Source: Lama guanicoe | Lineage: Eukaryota | Length of the DNA: 64,000 nucleotides | NCBI GenBank assembly: GCA_013239625.1 | Contig: MU053934.1 | Location: 8,205,352 to 8,269,351, forward strand | Direction: 5' to 3' | Part shown: piece by piece, positions 25,101 to 39,917 of the stretch | Layout: each line of letters starts with the position of its first letter | How positions within the stretch are numbered: the stretch's first letter is position 1 | Position numbers and translations under genes: made by a program | The notes under the pieces: model-generated | What the model was told of the DNA's origin: nothing | What the model saw: the letters and a program-made list of their open reading frames with translations, nothing else | The model's database searches: none

Positions 25101-28100
25101 GGGTCTTGACTCCAGAGTCCCCCAGACCCAAACAAGAGCCCAAAACAGGCATGGGGGTCCCCAGAAGAGGTCTGCACCTCATGAGGAACCAAGGTGCTGA
25201 GTGTGAATTTGCAACCCTCTTCCCCCTCGGCCCTTCTTCCAAGAGGAAGGACTCTGGTCCTGCTCCCAGCGTGGGGAGAAGCTGGGCTGTGGGCCGGGAA
25301 TGGAGACGCTCCCAGGATCTGGAGAAACTGGGATCAACCACAAAATACAGAGCTGGGGTGGGGGAGGGGAGGAGGAGGGAGAGGCCACAAAGGCCGGAGA
25401 GCTCTGGAGATGAAAGCAGAAAGAGAGAGAGGGAGAGGGAGAGAGACTTGGGGAGCAGGTGACGGATCCGAGCTGAAGGGCACGCGTCTCAGCAACGCCC
25501 CGGGAAGCGCCCCCGCAGCTGCTGGAACGCGCGTGTTTGGAAGATCCCGGTGACAATTTGGATTACAGCAGCACAGGCTCTGGCTAGCTGTGGGATAAAC
25601 ACTGCCGGGCTGGGTGTGCTCTCGCTGGCGCACCTCCCCTCCTGCCCACAGGCAAGGCTTGTTTAACCTCAGACAGCGTGCGTGGCCCCACGGTCTGTGC
25701 CACCCCCAGGCGGCAGCGCATCATTCTGTGACGGTCACCCACGTCTTCACGTGCCCCGCTGGACTCTGTGCCCCTAGCCCCCGGCACAGAGCCAGGGTGG
25801 GCTAAAGGTAGACAGGCACACACGGGGCGGTGCGGGGATTCCTGCCGCCACGGAGGGCAGGGAGCCGGAGCCCGCCTCGCCCTCCCGCCTCCATCGCACA
25901 CCGACCACACAGGCTGTGACCTCGGGCAAGCCTGTCTGTGCTCCGAGCGCTTCGCCCGTGGGGTGCGCGCGAGAATCAAAGCACAGAACACAGCAAGTGC
26001 TCAGGAGATGCTGCTGGAACCTCGGGGAACCATGGGCACCCACCAGGAGGCCCAGCAAGGTGACGTCTGCCCTGCTGTCAAAGTCCATCCCCTTTCCTCT
26101 GGGCTGGCGGCAGGCAGCCCAAGCAGGAAGCCCCTGGCCCGAGGTCACACAGAGAGTGGAGGGCAAAGCCGGAGCTGGGAGGCACCCTGGGGATCCCCCA
26201 TCCCGCATCCCGTCCGTGGAGGTTCCTACTGATTGTTTCTGAATAAATGATCGTATGGTTACAGAAACACTGTTCTGAGGGTGCAGACAGGAGAACCAGG
26301 AGGGACACACACAGGCTCTGAGCTCCGGAATGAACCGTCTCCCCTCTCAGACTGCACAGCCGGGTGAGCTCAGTCTGTCACTAGATGCCATGAGCTCAGA
26401 CTTCACGTACTGTCCCTACAAGCTCGGGGACTCTTCCCCTCTGCAGCTGTTGTCCTTCAACCCCATCTGGATTGCGTAGCGCAGTGCCGGACACACAGCA
26501 GGTGCACAATGTGTGCAACGTGGGAAGGACGAGACGGCAGAGACAGGCAAGGGTTAACAGCAAGGGAGAGGCTGAGGACCGTGAGGACCAGACTCAGCGA
26601 CTCAGAAAGGGACCAGCATGGTCCCTTTCAGTGTGAGCAAACCGGCCACAACCGGCAGGACGGCCACAACCCAGAAAGGCTGGCTCACGTCACCGCCTTG
26701 TCAGGTGTGCACGGAGGGAGGGATGGAGTGGCGGGGGGACACCTTCGTTTACATGGTAGCTTCTCAGTTCTCAAAACACGTGGCTTCGGGTAATGACATT
26801 TTCCAGTGGTTCTCAAACTGTAGTGCCTACAGGATGCCTGCTCAGGAGGCTGAGGCCCAGGAATTCATTTTAACAAAAACCCCAGGTGTGTCTGTGACAA
26901 GGGATCCACCTTCCAGGAAACCCCACCTCCGGGGCAGGGTCAACGTGGATGTATGGCCAGTGGTTTTGGGTGGGCTTGTGAGTCTCCCCCCCAACACCTC
27001 CCCTCTCCTCACAGTGGAGAGCAGACTCTTTTGCACCCATCACCTCCGCATGCCCAGGAGCCCGGCTCGGGGCCCCGCCCAGAGGACCCGCTCGGTCCAC
27101 ATTTGTCAAACTGAACTGAGCAAGGCTGTGTCTTCATCTCTGCATGACAGATGGGGCAATTACTTGATCGATAAGCACAAGCTGATTTAAGTGCATCTTA
27201 TTAATTATTCAAGTCATTCATTATTGAAAAGGTCACTCTCTGTTAGCTACTTAAAGGATCATTAACTAGCTTGGTTGCATCTCCAGCAAGGAGGCAGCCA
27301 GGATCACGTGAGCACCTACTACGGGCAGGGCAGTTTATTTGACTCTCAGGACAACCCTGGGGAGGGGGTGGGGGTGTGCACCCTCACTCTCCACGCCTTC
27401 ACCGGAGTTGGAAGGTTAAGAGGGTAAAGGAACTTGCCTGATGTGACGGAGCTGGAACATGATGTGCTGGGACTTGAACCTGGGCTGGGAGGCCCATAAA
27501 GCTCATGGACTTGGTGGTGATCCCCGTGTTGCAGGTTTTTGCACCTGGGTCTTGCAGACCGGGCTCAGGATTGTGACATCCTGGATGATGTACCCCGTGC
27601 CCTGTGTGCCTGTGGCTGCAGCTTAGCCCCCACAGAGCATCTGAACCCCACACCTGACCTCTGGACTTGAGCATCTGCCCTCAGCTTGGCTCCTGCCGGG
27701 GGCTGATGCCCGGCTTTGGTGCACAGTGGTTCCTGCTCCAAAATGCACAGACCCCCCCCCCCACAGCTCTGCACTGTCCAGGGACCCCCAGGTTAAGTTA
27801 CTGCCTACATTTCACCAGCCTGGGGATGGACAGACATGAGAGTCACAGTAGAGGAAATCATGAACATACCCTTTGGGCACTGCTGGGGTAGCCACCTTAT
27901 AAGGCCAGCTGAGGTCCCATCCCCTTTGCCAGCGTCCTGCCCTCCCCCTGAGCCATCACTGAGCAGCCTGCTTGCGTCGCCTCAGATGCCTTTCTGAGAC
28001 TCAACATATGTGCATGCTGGAACCTGGCAATACGCTTATTTACTAACTTCATGCTGAAGAAAACCCATCCCTCAGCCCTGGACAGACCGACTCGCTTCCT

Positions 28101-28428
28101 TTGACCAGACAGTGAGAACTTAGAAAGACATCCAATTTCCCATTTTGCCTTGTTAGCCAGGAAACTCACAATCCATTTAATACTCAGTGGCAGCAGCTCT
28201 CACACAAGAATCTAAGGAAAAGAAATTTGCGAGCTTTGTTAGCAAGCATGGTTTCAACCTTTCATTTTGAATTTTCTGTCCCGGCACATGCAGTTACCAC
28301 GAGCAACTTCAAATCCTTCATGGCAAATAAGATAAGCAAATAATCCAGTAATCGACGAGCCAAACACAGCAGCAATAAGGATCTGGCACCTTCCAAGCCC
28401 GTCAAAGACAAATGATCGCAGCCACTCA

Positions 28429-28803
<375 letters not shown>

Positions 28804-31800
28804 TCATCAGGGAGTTGATCTTAAAATGTGGCACAGAGGCTCATTTGGGGTCTCAGAGAGGGGGGATGGTGAGCCCCTCTGGGGGGCAGGGCATCTTGCT
28901 CCCTCTGCTCATGCCGACCCCCACTTCCTCTCCATCCACTGCCCTGTGCCCCCTCCCCGAGCATCCCCTCCAAGATACCTCCCTGGGCAGGGGGCCCCCA
29001 CACTGTTACACCCTCTGGAAGGAATTCTCAGCTGGGCATCCGGGGCTTTCAGGATGGCCCCTGCTTTCACCCTCATGCCCCCTCCCCCATTGGTGCCACT
29101 CCCGGCCCTGCCAGCTGTCTCCCGTGGGGGACCCCTGCTTGCCCACCCTCCTGGCCCTTGCTTATGCTGCTCCTGCCACCTGGGAGGCTCTCTTAGCATC
29201 CGCACCGCCTCTTCCCCTCTCCCGCCAGACCCTCCCCTTCTTTCTGGACCCAGGGCAAACGCAGGAAGTCTGCTGTCTTAGGACAAACCCACCCAAATTC
29301 CAGAGCCATCAACCTCCCGGTCTTCAGCATCCACACTGGGCCACCTCGCACCCCCAGGTGCCTCATGGAACTCGGCCAGTGCCCCCCAGCACCTGGGGGA
29401 GGCCCAGGGCTGGCTCCCTTCCAGCCTACTCCATCTTGCTCCCTCCCAGGAGCCCAGGGAACAGGGCTTCAGCTTAGCTGCCCTCCCCCCACGCCATGCA
29501 GCAGGCACTGGTCTGTCTGCCAGTCACATGCCTTTCAAACCCTGCTCTGTCCCCTCCGCGATTCCTCTTCATCAGGCACCACCAGACTGCGTGGCTGGGG
29601 TCTCAGAGTCAGCCCTGCCCCCCAACATCGATTCTCTTACTCCTCCACCCAACATTCCCACGCTGAGCGCTAGTCCGCCCTCCAGAAGCAGAGATGTTGA
29701 AGGGTTTTGAGCTGAGTGTACACGGCCCCTCTTGGAAGGGAAGCTGGCTCCCGGCCAGGCCGCCTCCTCCCCAGGGAGCATGCCCTGCTTGCCCGGACGC
29801 CGGGCCTTTGCACGGGCTGTGCCTTCGGCCTGGCCAGCACTTCCTGTTTCTTGCCTCCTTCCTGCCCTCTTGGTCTCCTACCACTGGCTCTTGGAGGCTG
29901 CCTCCCCCAGGAAGCCTCCCAGACACGCTGCCCCTCCTGCACGCTGGCTCAGGTGCTTCCTCCGGCCTGAGTGCCGCTCAAGCCCTCCCCTACCACCCGG
30001 CTGTGCTGCAGGGCCTGAGCCTCCCCGGCACCCGGGGGGGCTGCTTCCTGGACTTGTACTGCAGCTGGGCTGCTGAGCGCCGAACAGTGCTCTCCCGGGA
30101 CTGCGGCTGTTTAAAGGGACCGATTTATTAATCACTCAGACGCCGCCTCCATCTGCTGCCTGCTGCGGGCATCTGCTCCGGTGGGTGTGCGCTGGCAGGT
30201 GGCGAAGAGGAGGCGCGCTGGGAGGCAGAGCCAGTGTCCAGCCTCGCTGCCCACATCCCAGTGGGAGGGACCTGCCCTGACTCTCACCAGACACCCCTCG
30301 GTGACCTGGGTCCCCATGGCAGGTCCCTCTAGGTGCTGGCTGAAGCCGGGGAGCACGAGCCTGAAGCCAGGAGGCCTGCTCTGGTTCCTCCTTGGCCCGG
30401 CTCTGCTGTGTGGCCTGGGGGGACCCCGTGTGTCTCTGGGCCTGGAGGAGATGGAGTGAAGCCTTTCCCAGCCTCAGTATCCAGATTCTGGATCTTTCCA
30501 GCTTGGTTCACCCCTGTCCAGCCCTGGCCTCTGCAGGGAGATGGGGGCTGCCCTCCTTGGAGCCCTCCAGCCCCCTGCCAGGGCTGGGCCCAGGCAGGGA
30601 TGCTGAGTTTCACTCACACATGCCCTCTGCATGGATTGCCTCCTACCCCCACCCTGGGGGCTCTTCGAGGGGAGGCTTTTCATGTCCCAAGCACCTCAAG
30701 TGGAGGGACTGGCAGGTGCTTGGGGCTTGGTATCTGCTGGAGGAATGAGTAACCCAACAATTCTGCATCATGGCACCTTTGATCCCTTCTGTGGCTCCAC
30801 CTCCAGCTACCACTTCTAGGAGGCCGGCAGCAGCAGCTGTTTCAGGGGCTTGTTCATACTAAAGTGTGAATGACTGATAGCTCAGGCCCCCAAACTGCCT
30901 TATTTCAAGGGGAAGCTAGCTTCACTTGGAGATATCTGGATGTAGAAGTCCTGCCAGAGAATAGAGGCCAGCAGCCCTGTCTGGCATGCTGAGGCTGGAG
31001 TCCTGGGGGACGTCCACATGGACAGAGGAGGAGGACATGGCTCCAGCCCCTGGCACTCTTGCTTTCCCCAGCATCCTCTCTGCAGCCTCCCCTGTAGCCC
31101 CCACAGAGTTGCTCTAAGCATCAGGTTTTCCTCGGTGGTTCCCATGGCAGCAGCCGCGGGGGCTGAGGAAGGGGAGCAGGGAGGGAGAGGTGGGCAGCTG
31201 TTTGCAGATGCTGCCCCACAGAGAGGGAGGCCATGACGCCAGCTGGGGGTGGGAGCTGGAATGCGGCTGGGCTTAGAGCCACCAGGACTAAGAAATAACA
31301 ATAGCAACACATGCAGCAGCTGGTGTGCACGGCTGTAAACGTTTTACACATCTCAGCCCATTCAACACTCAAAACATACATGGAAGGAAGTATTACTGTC
31401 ATCATCCCCATCCTATGATGGAAACTGAGGCTCAGAGGATTAAGAGGCATGTCTAAGATCTCACAGCCACTAAGGACTTGCACGCCGCAGTCCAGCTCCA
31501 GAGCGCACACCGTCAACCACAGCATCATACCATTTAAGGCAGGCACCCCCAGGGTTCTCTGGGCAAACAAGCCGCCTCCAGGCTTCTGTCTACATTGCTC
31601 CTCGGCCTGAAACTTGCTCCCTCCCTCCTGTGCAGGCAGCTGGCCCTGCCCCCCCCCCCGTCTCAGCTCTGCCACCAACTTCTCCAGGAAGCCTTCATTG
31701 ATGTCCTGTGTTAGGTCCCATCCCTCCCCTGGGCTCCCAGAGCCACTGGGTTTCCCAGAACACACTCTGTCTTTGCTGCCTTGTAGGACTGCCTGCGTCT

Positions 31801-31977
31801 CAAGATCAGAGCTCCTTGAAGCGAGGGTCGGGTTATCTTTGCATGCCCAGCCTGGGCAGCTCCCCTGCCTTCCAGAGCCTGCCCTCCATGGCTGGCTGGC
31901 TGGAAGCATTCTGGTTTTTAAAATTTAATTTAAAAACGTGATCTGGAAGTTAACTTCGTCCAGATGCAGGGGTTTTT

Positions 31978-31981
<4 letters not shown>

Positions 31982-32014
<33 letters not shown>
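31982..32014. repeat. (TG)16 microsatellite
   Basis: Directly visible. Confidence 0.97.
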
Positions 32015-32017
<3 letters not shown>

Positions 32018-32769
32018 CATTTTATAAAGGGCAGAAGAAAATGGAGGTTGTTTTATGGGGCAAGATGTGAAGCCAGCCAAAGCCACAGATACCAATTTTT
32101 CAGTGTATTTTGGGAGAGTTACAGATTCAGATTCTTTTGGTGTTTCCCAAGCAACAAACAAAACCTTCTTTGATGGAGGAATCTCACTGAAGAACTTCCG
32201 GAGGCAGGAGCAGTTACGTCAGCTGGCTGTGGCCAGATGGAAGTTCCATCGCCACCCATGGGCAGTCCCAGTCAAGGATGGAGGAGGTGAGTTCCTGAGG
32301 CCACTGTGTCAGAAAGGAATACGGCTGCAGGGCTCATGGCTGGGCCGGGGCTGGCCAGGAGAGGGCTGGTGGCCCCTCAGCCAACCTCACCCAGAATATC
32401 TGAGCACTGAGCCCACACATGGGTCAGTGTGACAAGCTGATAACCCTGGTGACTAAATTCCGGGCCAAGGAGGTCAGGCCTGTGTGGATTCAAATTCCAG
32501 CTCAGCAAAATTCTCTCTCCATGATCTCAGGAAAACGAGCTTTACTTTCCTCCTCTGGAAAATGGGAATAATTCGCCCTGCTTAATGGTGTGATTGTGAG
32601 GCTTAATGAGCTGACACAGGGCCTGGAGGAGAAAGGACCCAGTGAGTGCTGGCTCTTGGGATTAAAGCACAGAGAGAGTGCTCACTAGATCTAGGCCCAG
32701 AGAGGCAAAGTGACTTGCCCAAGGTCACACAGTAGAACTGAAATTGTCTAGTGCAGTGGAGGAGTGTGG

Positions 32770-33184
32770 GCTTGGGGCTAATGAATCAGAGTCCACTACC
32801 ACCAGAATACTCATCATCCTCCCTGCAGGCCTGCCCATGGGGTCTGTCCCTGTACCTCTTCCTGCCCTGCTGACAACAGGCTTGACCACGTGACGTGCTT
32901 TGGCCAAAAAAAGGTCAGCGAAAGTGTCAGAGTGATTCTGAGCAGAAGCTTAAGAGTCACCTTGTAATTTCACCATCACTCTTCCCTCTGCCTTGGGGAC
33001 ATCCTGCCCTGGAGGGGACTGCTTGATCAGCCTGCTTGATCACAGAATGCTCCGTGCACAGAGCCACAAGGTGACCCGAGGAAGCCATAGGATATGAGTC
33101 AAAAATCAGCCTCTGTGTCTTGAGCCCCAGGGCCCCAGGGGCTGCTCATTATCTCAGCATAACTGAGCCTGGATGACTGATACA
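32770..33184 (+). mobile_element. Old MLT1-family LTR (MLT1I/J-like)
   Basis: Motifs 'ggcttgaccacgtgacgtgctttggccaa' and 'tctgagcagaagcttaagagtcacc'; it ends 'cagcataactgagcctggatgactgataca'. Confidence 0.65.
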
Positions 33185-35309
33185 CCTGCCCCAGACCTTG
33201 CTGTGCCACTGTGTGCTGTGTGACTACAGGCAAGTTTTCACCCTCTCTGTGCCTCAGCCTTGACCTAATGAGGCCAGTGGGACCTTCTTCACAGATAACA
33301 CCTCTACTCAGATGAAAGGATTTAGTGCAAGTCAGGCCCCTGGAGGTCCAATAAATGCCCATAAACATTCATGTGTCCCCCACCCCTGGCTTGGTGGTGT
33401 GAGTTCAGACTAGGAAACCTCACGGATTCGAGAACCTTTTTAGTCTTTACAAGGCTGACTATGTGTATGTCGGTTTTATGCCTAACGGGGCTTGATAGGG
33501 TTGAGTGACTGACAAGAACATCCAGAAACTTCTGACCCAGCTCAGAGGCTGGATTCAGAGCTCAAAGCATGTTGGACAGTGATGTAAGGTCCTCAGGCCT
33601 GACCAGCTGCCACACGTCGGCCATCAGCGTGGCTGGAGCACCTCTGGGCACTGGGGAAGGACAGCGTGCGGGGCAGAGAGGCTTCACCGCCGCCCAAGAA
33701 GAGTGACACTCCATCCCCTCCCCCTGCGAGGCCGAGAGGGCCCTTCTACTTCCTAGGATTCCTGCCCCGTGCGCCCAGCCCTAGCAGCCCGTCCGCCTGC
33801 AGGAACACCCACAGACTGCGCAGGACTCCCGTCTGCTCCACCTCTGCCCCCCGGGGAGAGCTGACCGCTGACCCCCCTGCCCCCCTCGCCCTGTGCCCTG
33901 GAGGCCCTGGGCGGCCGCTGCTGCTAGCGTCCCTCTGGAACCTGGCACGGGGAGGTGAGCAGGACACTCCTGGACACCAGGGCCTCTGCTCGAGTGGCTG
34001 CAAGCGGCGTCTCACCATGGCGGTGGGCTTGGCGAGGTTGCTCCCTTCGCTCTGCCTGTCTTTCTGCCAGGCAGCCAGAACCAAAACAGACCATTCTGTT
34101 CCTCCAGAAAACACAAATAAAGAAGTCATCAGAGCACTCTCCTTTTCCCCGCCTCCCAGCTGATTCACTGGTGGGGCGGGTGTGTGCCAGGCAGCCCTTG
34201 CGGCTGATGGCCCCCGTGTGTCTTCATAAAGCCCAGCGGGGGGCACGGCCATGCTGGTCCGTAAGGATGGGCTGCCGGCGGGCGCGAACCTTCAGGGACA
34301 TTGGAACATCTGGCCTCTCGGCTGAGGTCTGGCTCGTCCCCCAGCCAGACAAGCCCTTGCTTTCTAGATGCACCTGGGGGTGGCAGAGCCCACTGGCTGG
34401 AACTAGGGTCCCGGTGTCCCTTGACCTTGACAGGTGACTTCACCAGCCTGGGCCCAGCCCTTCTTCCTTCCTCGCAGAGTAGCTGTGAGGGCTAAGATAA
34501 CACAGGCGTCCTGCCCAGAGTGGTCAGAGGCCCAAAGGGCAGGACGGTCCCAGAGGCAGACTCCACCTGGCTCTCCTCACATCCCCAGGGCACTCAGGAC
34601 CTCCTGGCCATGCAGGCCTGTCCCACCCTCTTCACGGACCTATCCTCCTACTCCCTGTGGCCCATCCTCCAGCTGTCCCCTCTGTGCCCAAGCTCTGGCT
34701 GGACACAAGGCCCTGGTCCAGCTCCCTCGGCTCAGGCCTTCTCCACAAGGCCCCCTAACTCAGGCAACTCAGTGGGGGCCTCCAGCACCTCTGGTCTGAG
34801 CCCTGGATTGGTCATCTCCTGGGTGATCCTGGCCCCTCCCCTCAGCGGGGCCTCAGCCTTGCCCAAGTCACCCTCACGGCTTCTGTGGTGTCCTAGGTCC
34901 TTGTCCCATGCACCACGCATGAGCACAAATCCAGCTTAAAGCCTTCAGGGCCCTCAGGAGGAAACCCAAGCTCCTCTCCCTCTGCCCCCCAGCCCAGGGA
35001 TCACCCCCCCACCAGCTCCTGCTGCCTCTCCCCACGGCTCCCCTGGCATTTCATATCCAAGCTGCAAGGAACTTGTCCCGGAAATGCTCCTTCCTCTGAG
35101 CTCTGTGGCTCCCACCTTCTTAAACACTTTTGGAGGTGGGAGACCAAGCACCACGCCTCCCTCACGAATCTCGGGACTGCAGTGCAGCCCGGGTGAGGGG
35201 CACACCCAGTTCTGGGCAGGCGCGGGCCCCCTTGGGGCCTCTGTCCATGTCTGAGGGACGGGGGGGCGGTGGGACGCTCTGCGAGGATGAATGAGGAGGG
35301 ACCCCTCCA

Positions 35310-35515
35310 GAGCAGCACTCTCAATGTGAAAATCCTGCATGCCACGCTCGGCAGCGTCAGGAGACGTGACTGGTTGTCACAGCCAGTCAGTGGGGAGAGG
35401 GTGCGGCCAGGGTCCAGTGGGTGGTGGCCAGCATCCCACAACACACAGAGCGACCCCCACAAAGAAGGACCAGGGCCCCGATGTCCACGGTGCCGCAGAG
35501 GGGTCGCTGCTCTAG
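35310..35515 (+). mobile_element. MER20-like hAT-Charlie element
   Basis: 'ggcagcgtcaggagacgtgactggttgtcaca...catcccacaacacacagagcgacccccacaaagaag...ccccgatgtccacggtgcc'. Confidence 0.6.
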
Positions 35516-36479
35516 GCCCTCCATTGGTGGAAGTCCCAGATTTATTAAAGCAGCCTCTGGAGTCTGGTTGACTCCCATCTCCACCCTGACTGGCTGCCTC
35601 AGTCAGGCAAGTTACTCAGCCTCTCCAGGCTTCACCTTCCTTGTGTGTAAAGTGCACTAAGGGTGTGCTGCTAGGTGACATCAGAGGGTTGAGCACAGAG
35701 CCAGTCCCGTGCCATGCACTCAGCAAATGCTCACTGAGTTTCCAGAATAAAAACTAAGCTAAAATTCCTCAGTGCTTCCATGCCTCCCCAGAAAAGGGAT
35801 TTGTTTTGTGGTCAGACTCTTCATTATCCGGAGACAGGACCCACTGTGCTGAAATGGTGGAGTATTCCGTGTGAGTCTTGTATAAATGTGCAGAGCACAG
35901 AAACCTGTGGGCTTCAGAATGAGGATCCCAGTCACCACCCACCGAAGCCTCGGAGAAGTCTGGCCGCCTTGCCAAGCCTCTGTCTTCTGCCTGGCTTTCA
36001 GCCGGCAACTACAACACTTCAGGGTCCTAACCCCAGTCCTGGCTCCGCCCTCTGCACTCAGGGAATTAGTCTTTGGTCTTATAAAAGGCTTAGGTCAAGT
36101 TCTAGGCTTGATTCCAGCCCTCGTGACAGACAAAGCTTGCTGAACTACTTCACATAGAATTATTCTAAGGTCTGAGCAGATGGCAAGATATTCAGGGGAA
36201 GCACCAGTGCATTTGAGGAAGGAAGGCTGGGGGAGCTGGCCTTGGTGGGAGGAGGAGAGATTTGGATGGCAGTCAAGGGATTTGCATCTCCTGCCTGACC
36301 AAAGGGAAGAGGCAACTTCCCTCAAGGGAGCACGTCATGGTAGCAAAACATTCAAGCTCCAACATCAGAGAGATGGAGGCTCAGACCCCACCCCACCACT
36401 CCCAGTGGTGTCACTAATCCCTTCAACAGTCACTCAACAAACACTCCTTCCAAGTGAATTTTTCCTTATCATGAAAAAA

Positions 36480-37790
36480 ATATATCCTTCCAAAGATTCA
36501 GCCTCAGGCTTATTGAGAAAATATCTGAAGCATCCACATTAAAGCCAGGAAGAAGGTAAAACTGCCTGACAATTTCGAAGATAATTTTAGAGGTACTAGC
36601 CAGCATGATTGGACAAGAAAAAGAAGTGAGGCACAAAAATCGGAAAGCAAGAGGTGAAATTATCATTGTTGCAAGATGGCGTAATTGGACACCTAAGAGA
36701 ATCAGCTGAAAAAGTATTACAAAGATAAGAAATTTCAGTAAGGTGGCTGAGTGAAAAATTCATATTTAGAAGTCACAGGGTTTTATCATTTAAACAGCAG
36801 TCAGTTAGAAGATACAGAGGAAAAAAGACTCTATTATACAATAGCAGCGTGAAAAGAAGTTAAGTATGAATAAATGCAAAATATATGTGTAATACCTGTA
36901 TGCAGGAAACTCCAAGACACTCCGAAGGAAAATTTGAACAAATGGAAAGACATACTGTGTTCTTGGATAGGAATATTTCACATCATGAAAAGTCCATTCC
37001 CCTTGAATTAATCTATGAATTCAATGCAGTCTCAGTAAAAGATGCTAACTAGATTTCTTTTGACAGGGAGACTGCACAAACTAATTCTAAACTTCTCATG
37101 ACCAAAGGGCTGTAAGAACAGACTAAGAAGACATTCAAACATATCAAAAGCTAGTTAACCCAAAGAGGTAGCAATGCACATGTGAACAGACCAGTGAAAG
37201 CCATCACAGTCTACCCAGATCCTCAAATTTAGTATATTATAGTATATGGTAAGTTTGCATTTCACATCAGTGGTGAGGAGAAGATGGACAATTCAATAAT
37301 TGGTGTTGGGATAACTGCCTACCCATTTGGGGGAAAAGAAAAAGTTGGATTCCTACTTTCCATCCAAATTAAAAACCTTACAGTCAAATAAATTCCTGAC
37401 AGATAAAAGATTTGAAGGCAAAAAATGAAAACATAAAAGAAAACATGAGGGAATTTTTAATAATCTCAGAGTATGGAAAACCTTTCTCAGCATGATACAA
37501 AGCCCACAAGACATAAAAGAAAAAAATGGGTACAATTAGATTAAATAACAATTACAAATTAAGCGTGATGAAAAAAATCATCATAAATTCAAAGAACACA
37601 CTGAGAAAATATTTTCAATACATCCTATTTCCTTCATATATAAAGAATTCCTGTAAACAAATAAGAAAAAGGCCAAAAATTCAACAGGCAACAGCAGAGG
37701 ACATAAACAGCTAGCTCACAATAAAAGAAATACACACTCTCAGATGTGTGAAATATGCTCAGTTTCACTCATAATAAGAGAAATAAGTGG
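36480..37790 (+). mobile_element. Ancient degraded L1 ORF2 remnant
   Basis: An A-rich block with 'tagaggtactagccag', 'gaaatttcagtaaggtggctg', 'aatttgaacaaatggaaagacatactgtgttcttggatagg' and 'caataattggtgttgggataactg'. No long ORF remains. Confidence 0.85.
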
Positions 37791-38311
37791 ATTTTTTTGA
37801 TCCTATGTGCCTTTACTTAGCATATTTCCACTGCTTTTCTACCAGCAAACTCCTCCTCTTTCTTTACACTGAGAATCCCCTCCATCAGGGCTCTGGTCTC
37901 ATGTGTTTTAATCACCTTAAAGAAAGGGGTTACATGGGATTAACCTCCGGGTCAAGAAATTCAACCAATATTTGTTGAACAAATAATGAGTGAAAAAGGA
38001 ACTTAGGGCCTGTGGAATCCAGGCCCAAGCACCTTCCACGCCCAAAAGCCTTCCACATCCTTGACCTCATTTAACTTCCACAGCAGTCCTGAGAGGTAGT
38101 TTTTACATGCCCATTTCTCAGACAAGAAGGCTAGAGTCCAGAGGGCAGAACAAGCCAGAAAACCCATCACCTGAAGACTTTCCCAGACTCCTAGATCCAC
38201 CCATCCTTGCACTGGTTACCCAACAGCTGCCTGGGAGCTGGGGTGTTCTGGCAGTAGCCTGGCTCGTTGCGTGCCCAGGGCAGCAGGGCCGTGGCCTCGG
38301 CGTGGTACTTA

Positions 38312-38548
<237 letters not shown>

Positions 38549-39917
38549 TTAGTGGGGGCTCCTCACCACGGGCAGGACCTGGTCGGCCTATCCTAGGGTC
38601 TGGCTCACCTCTTCCCTTGCTGGGAAGACTTTGTGGTCCAGTGTGGCCCAGCCTCACCTCTGCCGAGAAGCCTGCTCTGACTCCTGTCACCTCCCTGATG
38701 TGCCTCGACTACAGACCTACTTACACTGTGCTGCCCAGACTGGGAGCTCCTCGCAGGCAGCGCTGCATCTGAAGCCCCACGTGGATCACCCCACCAAGGA
38801 CTCTGCACACAGAAGGCACTTAATAAGGAAACAGCATTAACTGAGCACCTACTATGTGCTTCATAGGCTCAAGCAGATTTAATCCACTTGGCCATCCTAG
38901 CAGGCAGGTCTAGGATCCCACCTTACTGAGGGAGAAACAGAGGCTCGGAGGCCTAAAGTGACCTGCCTGAGCTGGCTAGTTGTAGTGGAGCAGGAATCCA
39001 CCCAGGCCTGCCTAGGTCCAAGATCCAGGACCCTCTCCACTCCTCCATCGCCGTGTGGACTCACTGACAAGTCCAGGCTGGGTGGTGAGTGGCATGGTTG
39101 CCAGAACCAGGTCCTGCTGTAGAGAAAGCAGTGTCCCCTCTGGATCTTGGCTTCTACTAAGCTGGTGCCTGAGACCTGGAGGTCCCCAAGGGCCTGCCTC
39201 AGTGGCCCCAGCTCACGGTGACAAAGCTGTCTTGGCCTTGAACCCCCTTTCCTCCAGCTCGGAGGCCCCTATTCAGCTACCAATGGCGCTGGAAGCCCAG
39301 GACACTATTTACTAGCGGTGCCGGTGGTGATAAACAGGCGTGAAAGCCCGAACAAATACAACAATGGAAAAAAACCTGGAGCCGCTGTCTCCAGCTTAAT
39401 TAGTATCTTCATAAAAAGGACTGCTGTATCTAATTTGTATCGCTCAAAAGGGGCTTCCCAGGCTGAATACATTTCTCCAACCACAAAGGTTCTGGTTTTG
39501 CAGAAGCGGCTCAGTTAGTTGAAATCTCTGACTCTGCTGAGAGGTGATTAGACTCCAGCCCACACAGCTCCCAGCGCCCGGGGCTGCCGAGGGGAGTCCC
39601 AGCGGGGCTGCGCTGGCTGGTGGGCCTCTGGGCCTCACGTGCTGCAGCGCCGAGCCTGGCTTGGGGGGCCTTGTGTAATCCTGTGCCCCTTCTGCAAAGT
39701 ACAGCATCCTCTTCCGTAGGGCAGGGCAGGACCACTGCAGGAGAGGGTTCCAGCCTTTCAGGAGTCCGGAGGTCCCTCCAGGCCCTTTTCTCAGCCTCAG
39801 CCTTGGGAAACAGAAGACCCCCTCATGGACACAGAGGTCACTGAGTAAACCTCAGGTTGATGGACCATCTCATTTAACCTCATTATTCCCATTGTACAGA
39901 AGAGAAAACTGAGGCTG

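Noticed and set aside
31121..31909. 262-aa minus-strand ORF
   Set aside because: It is built from L2 and MIR remnants and shows no coding signature.
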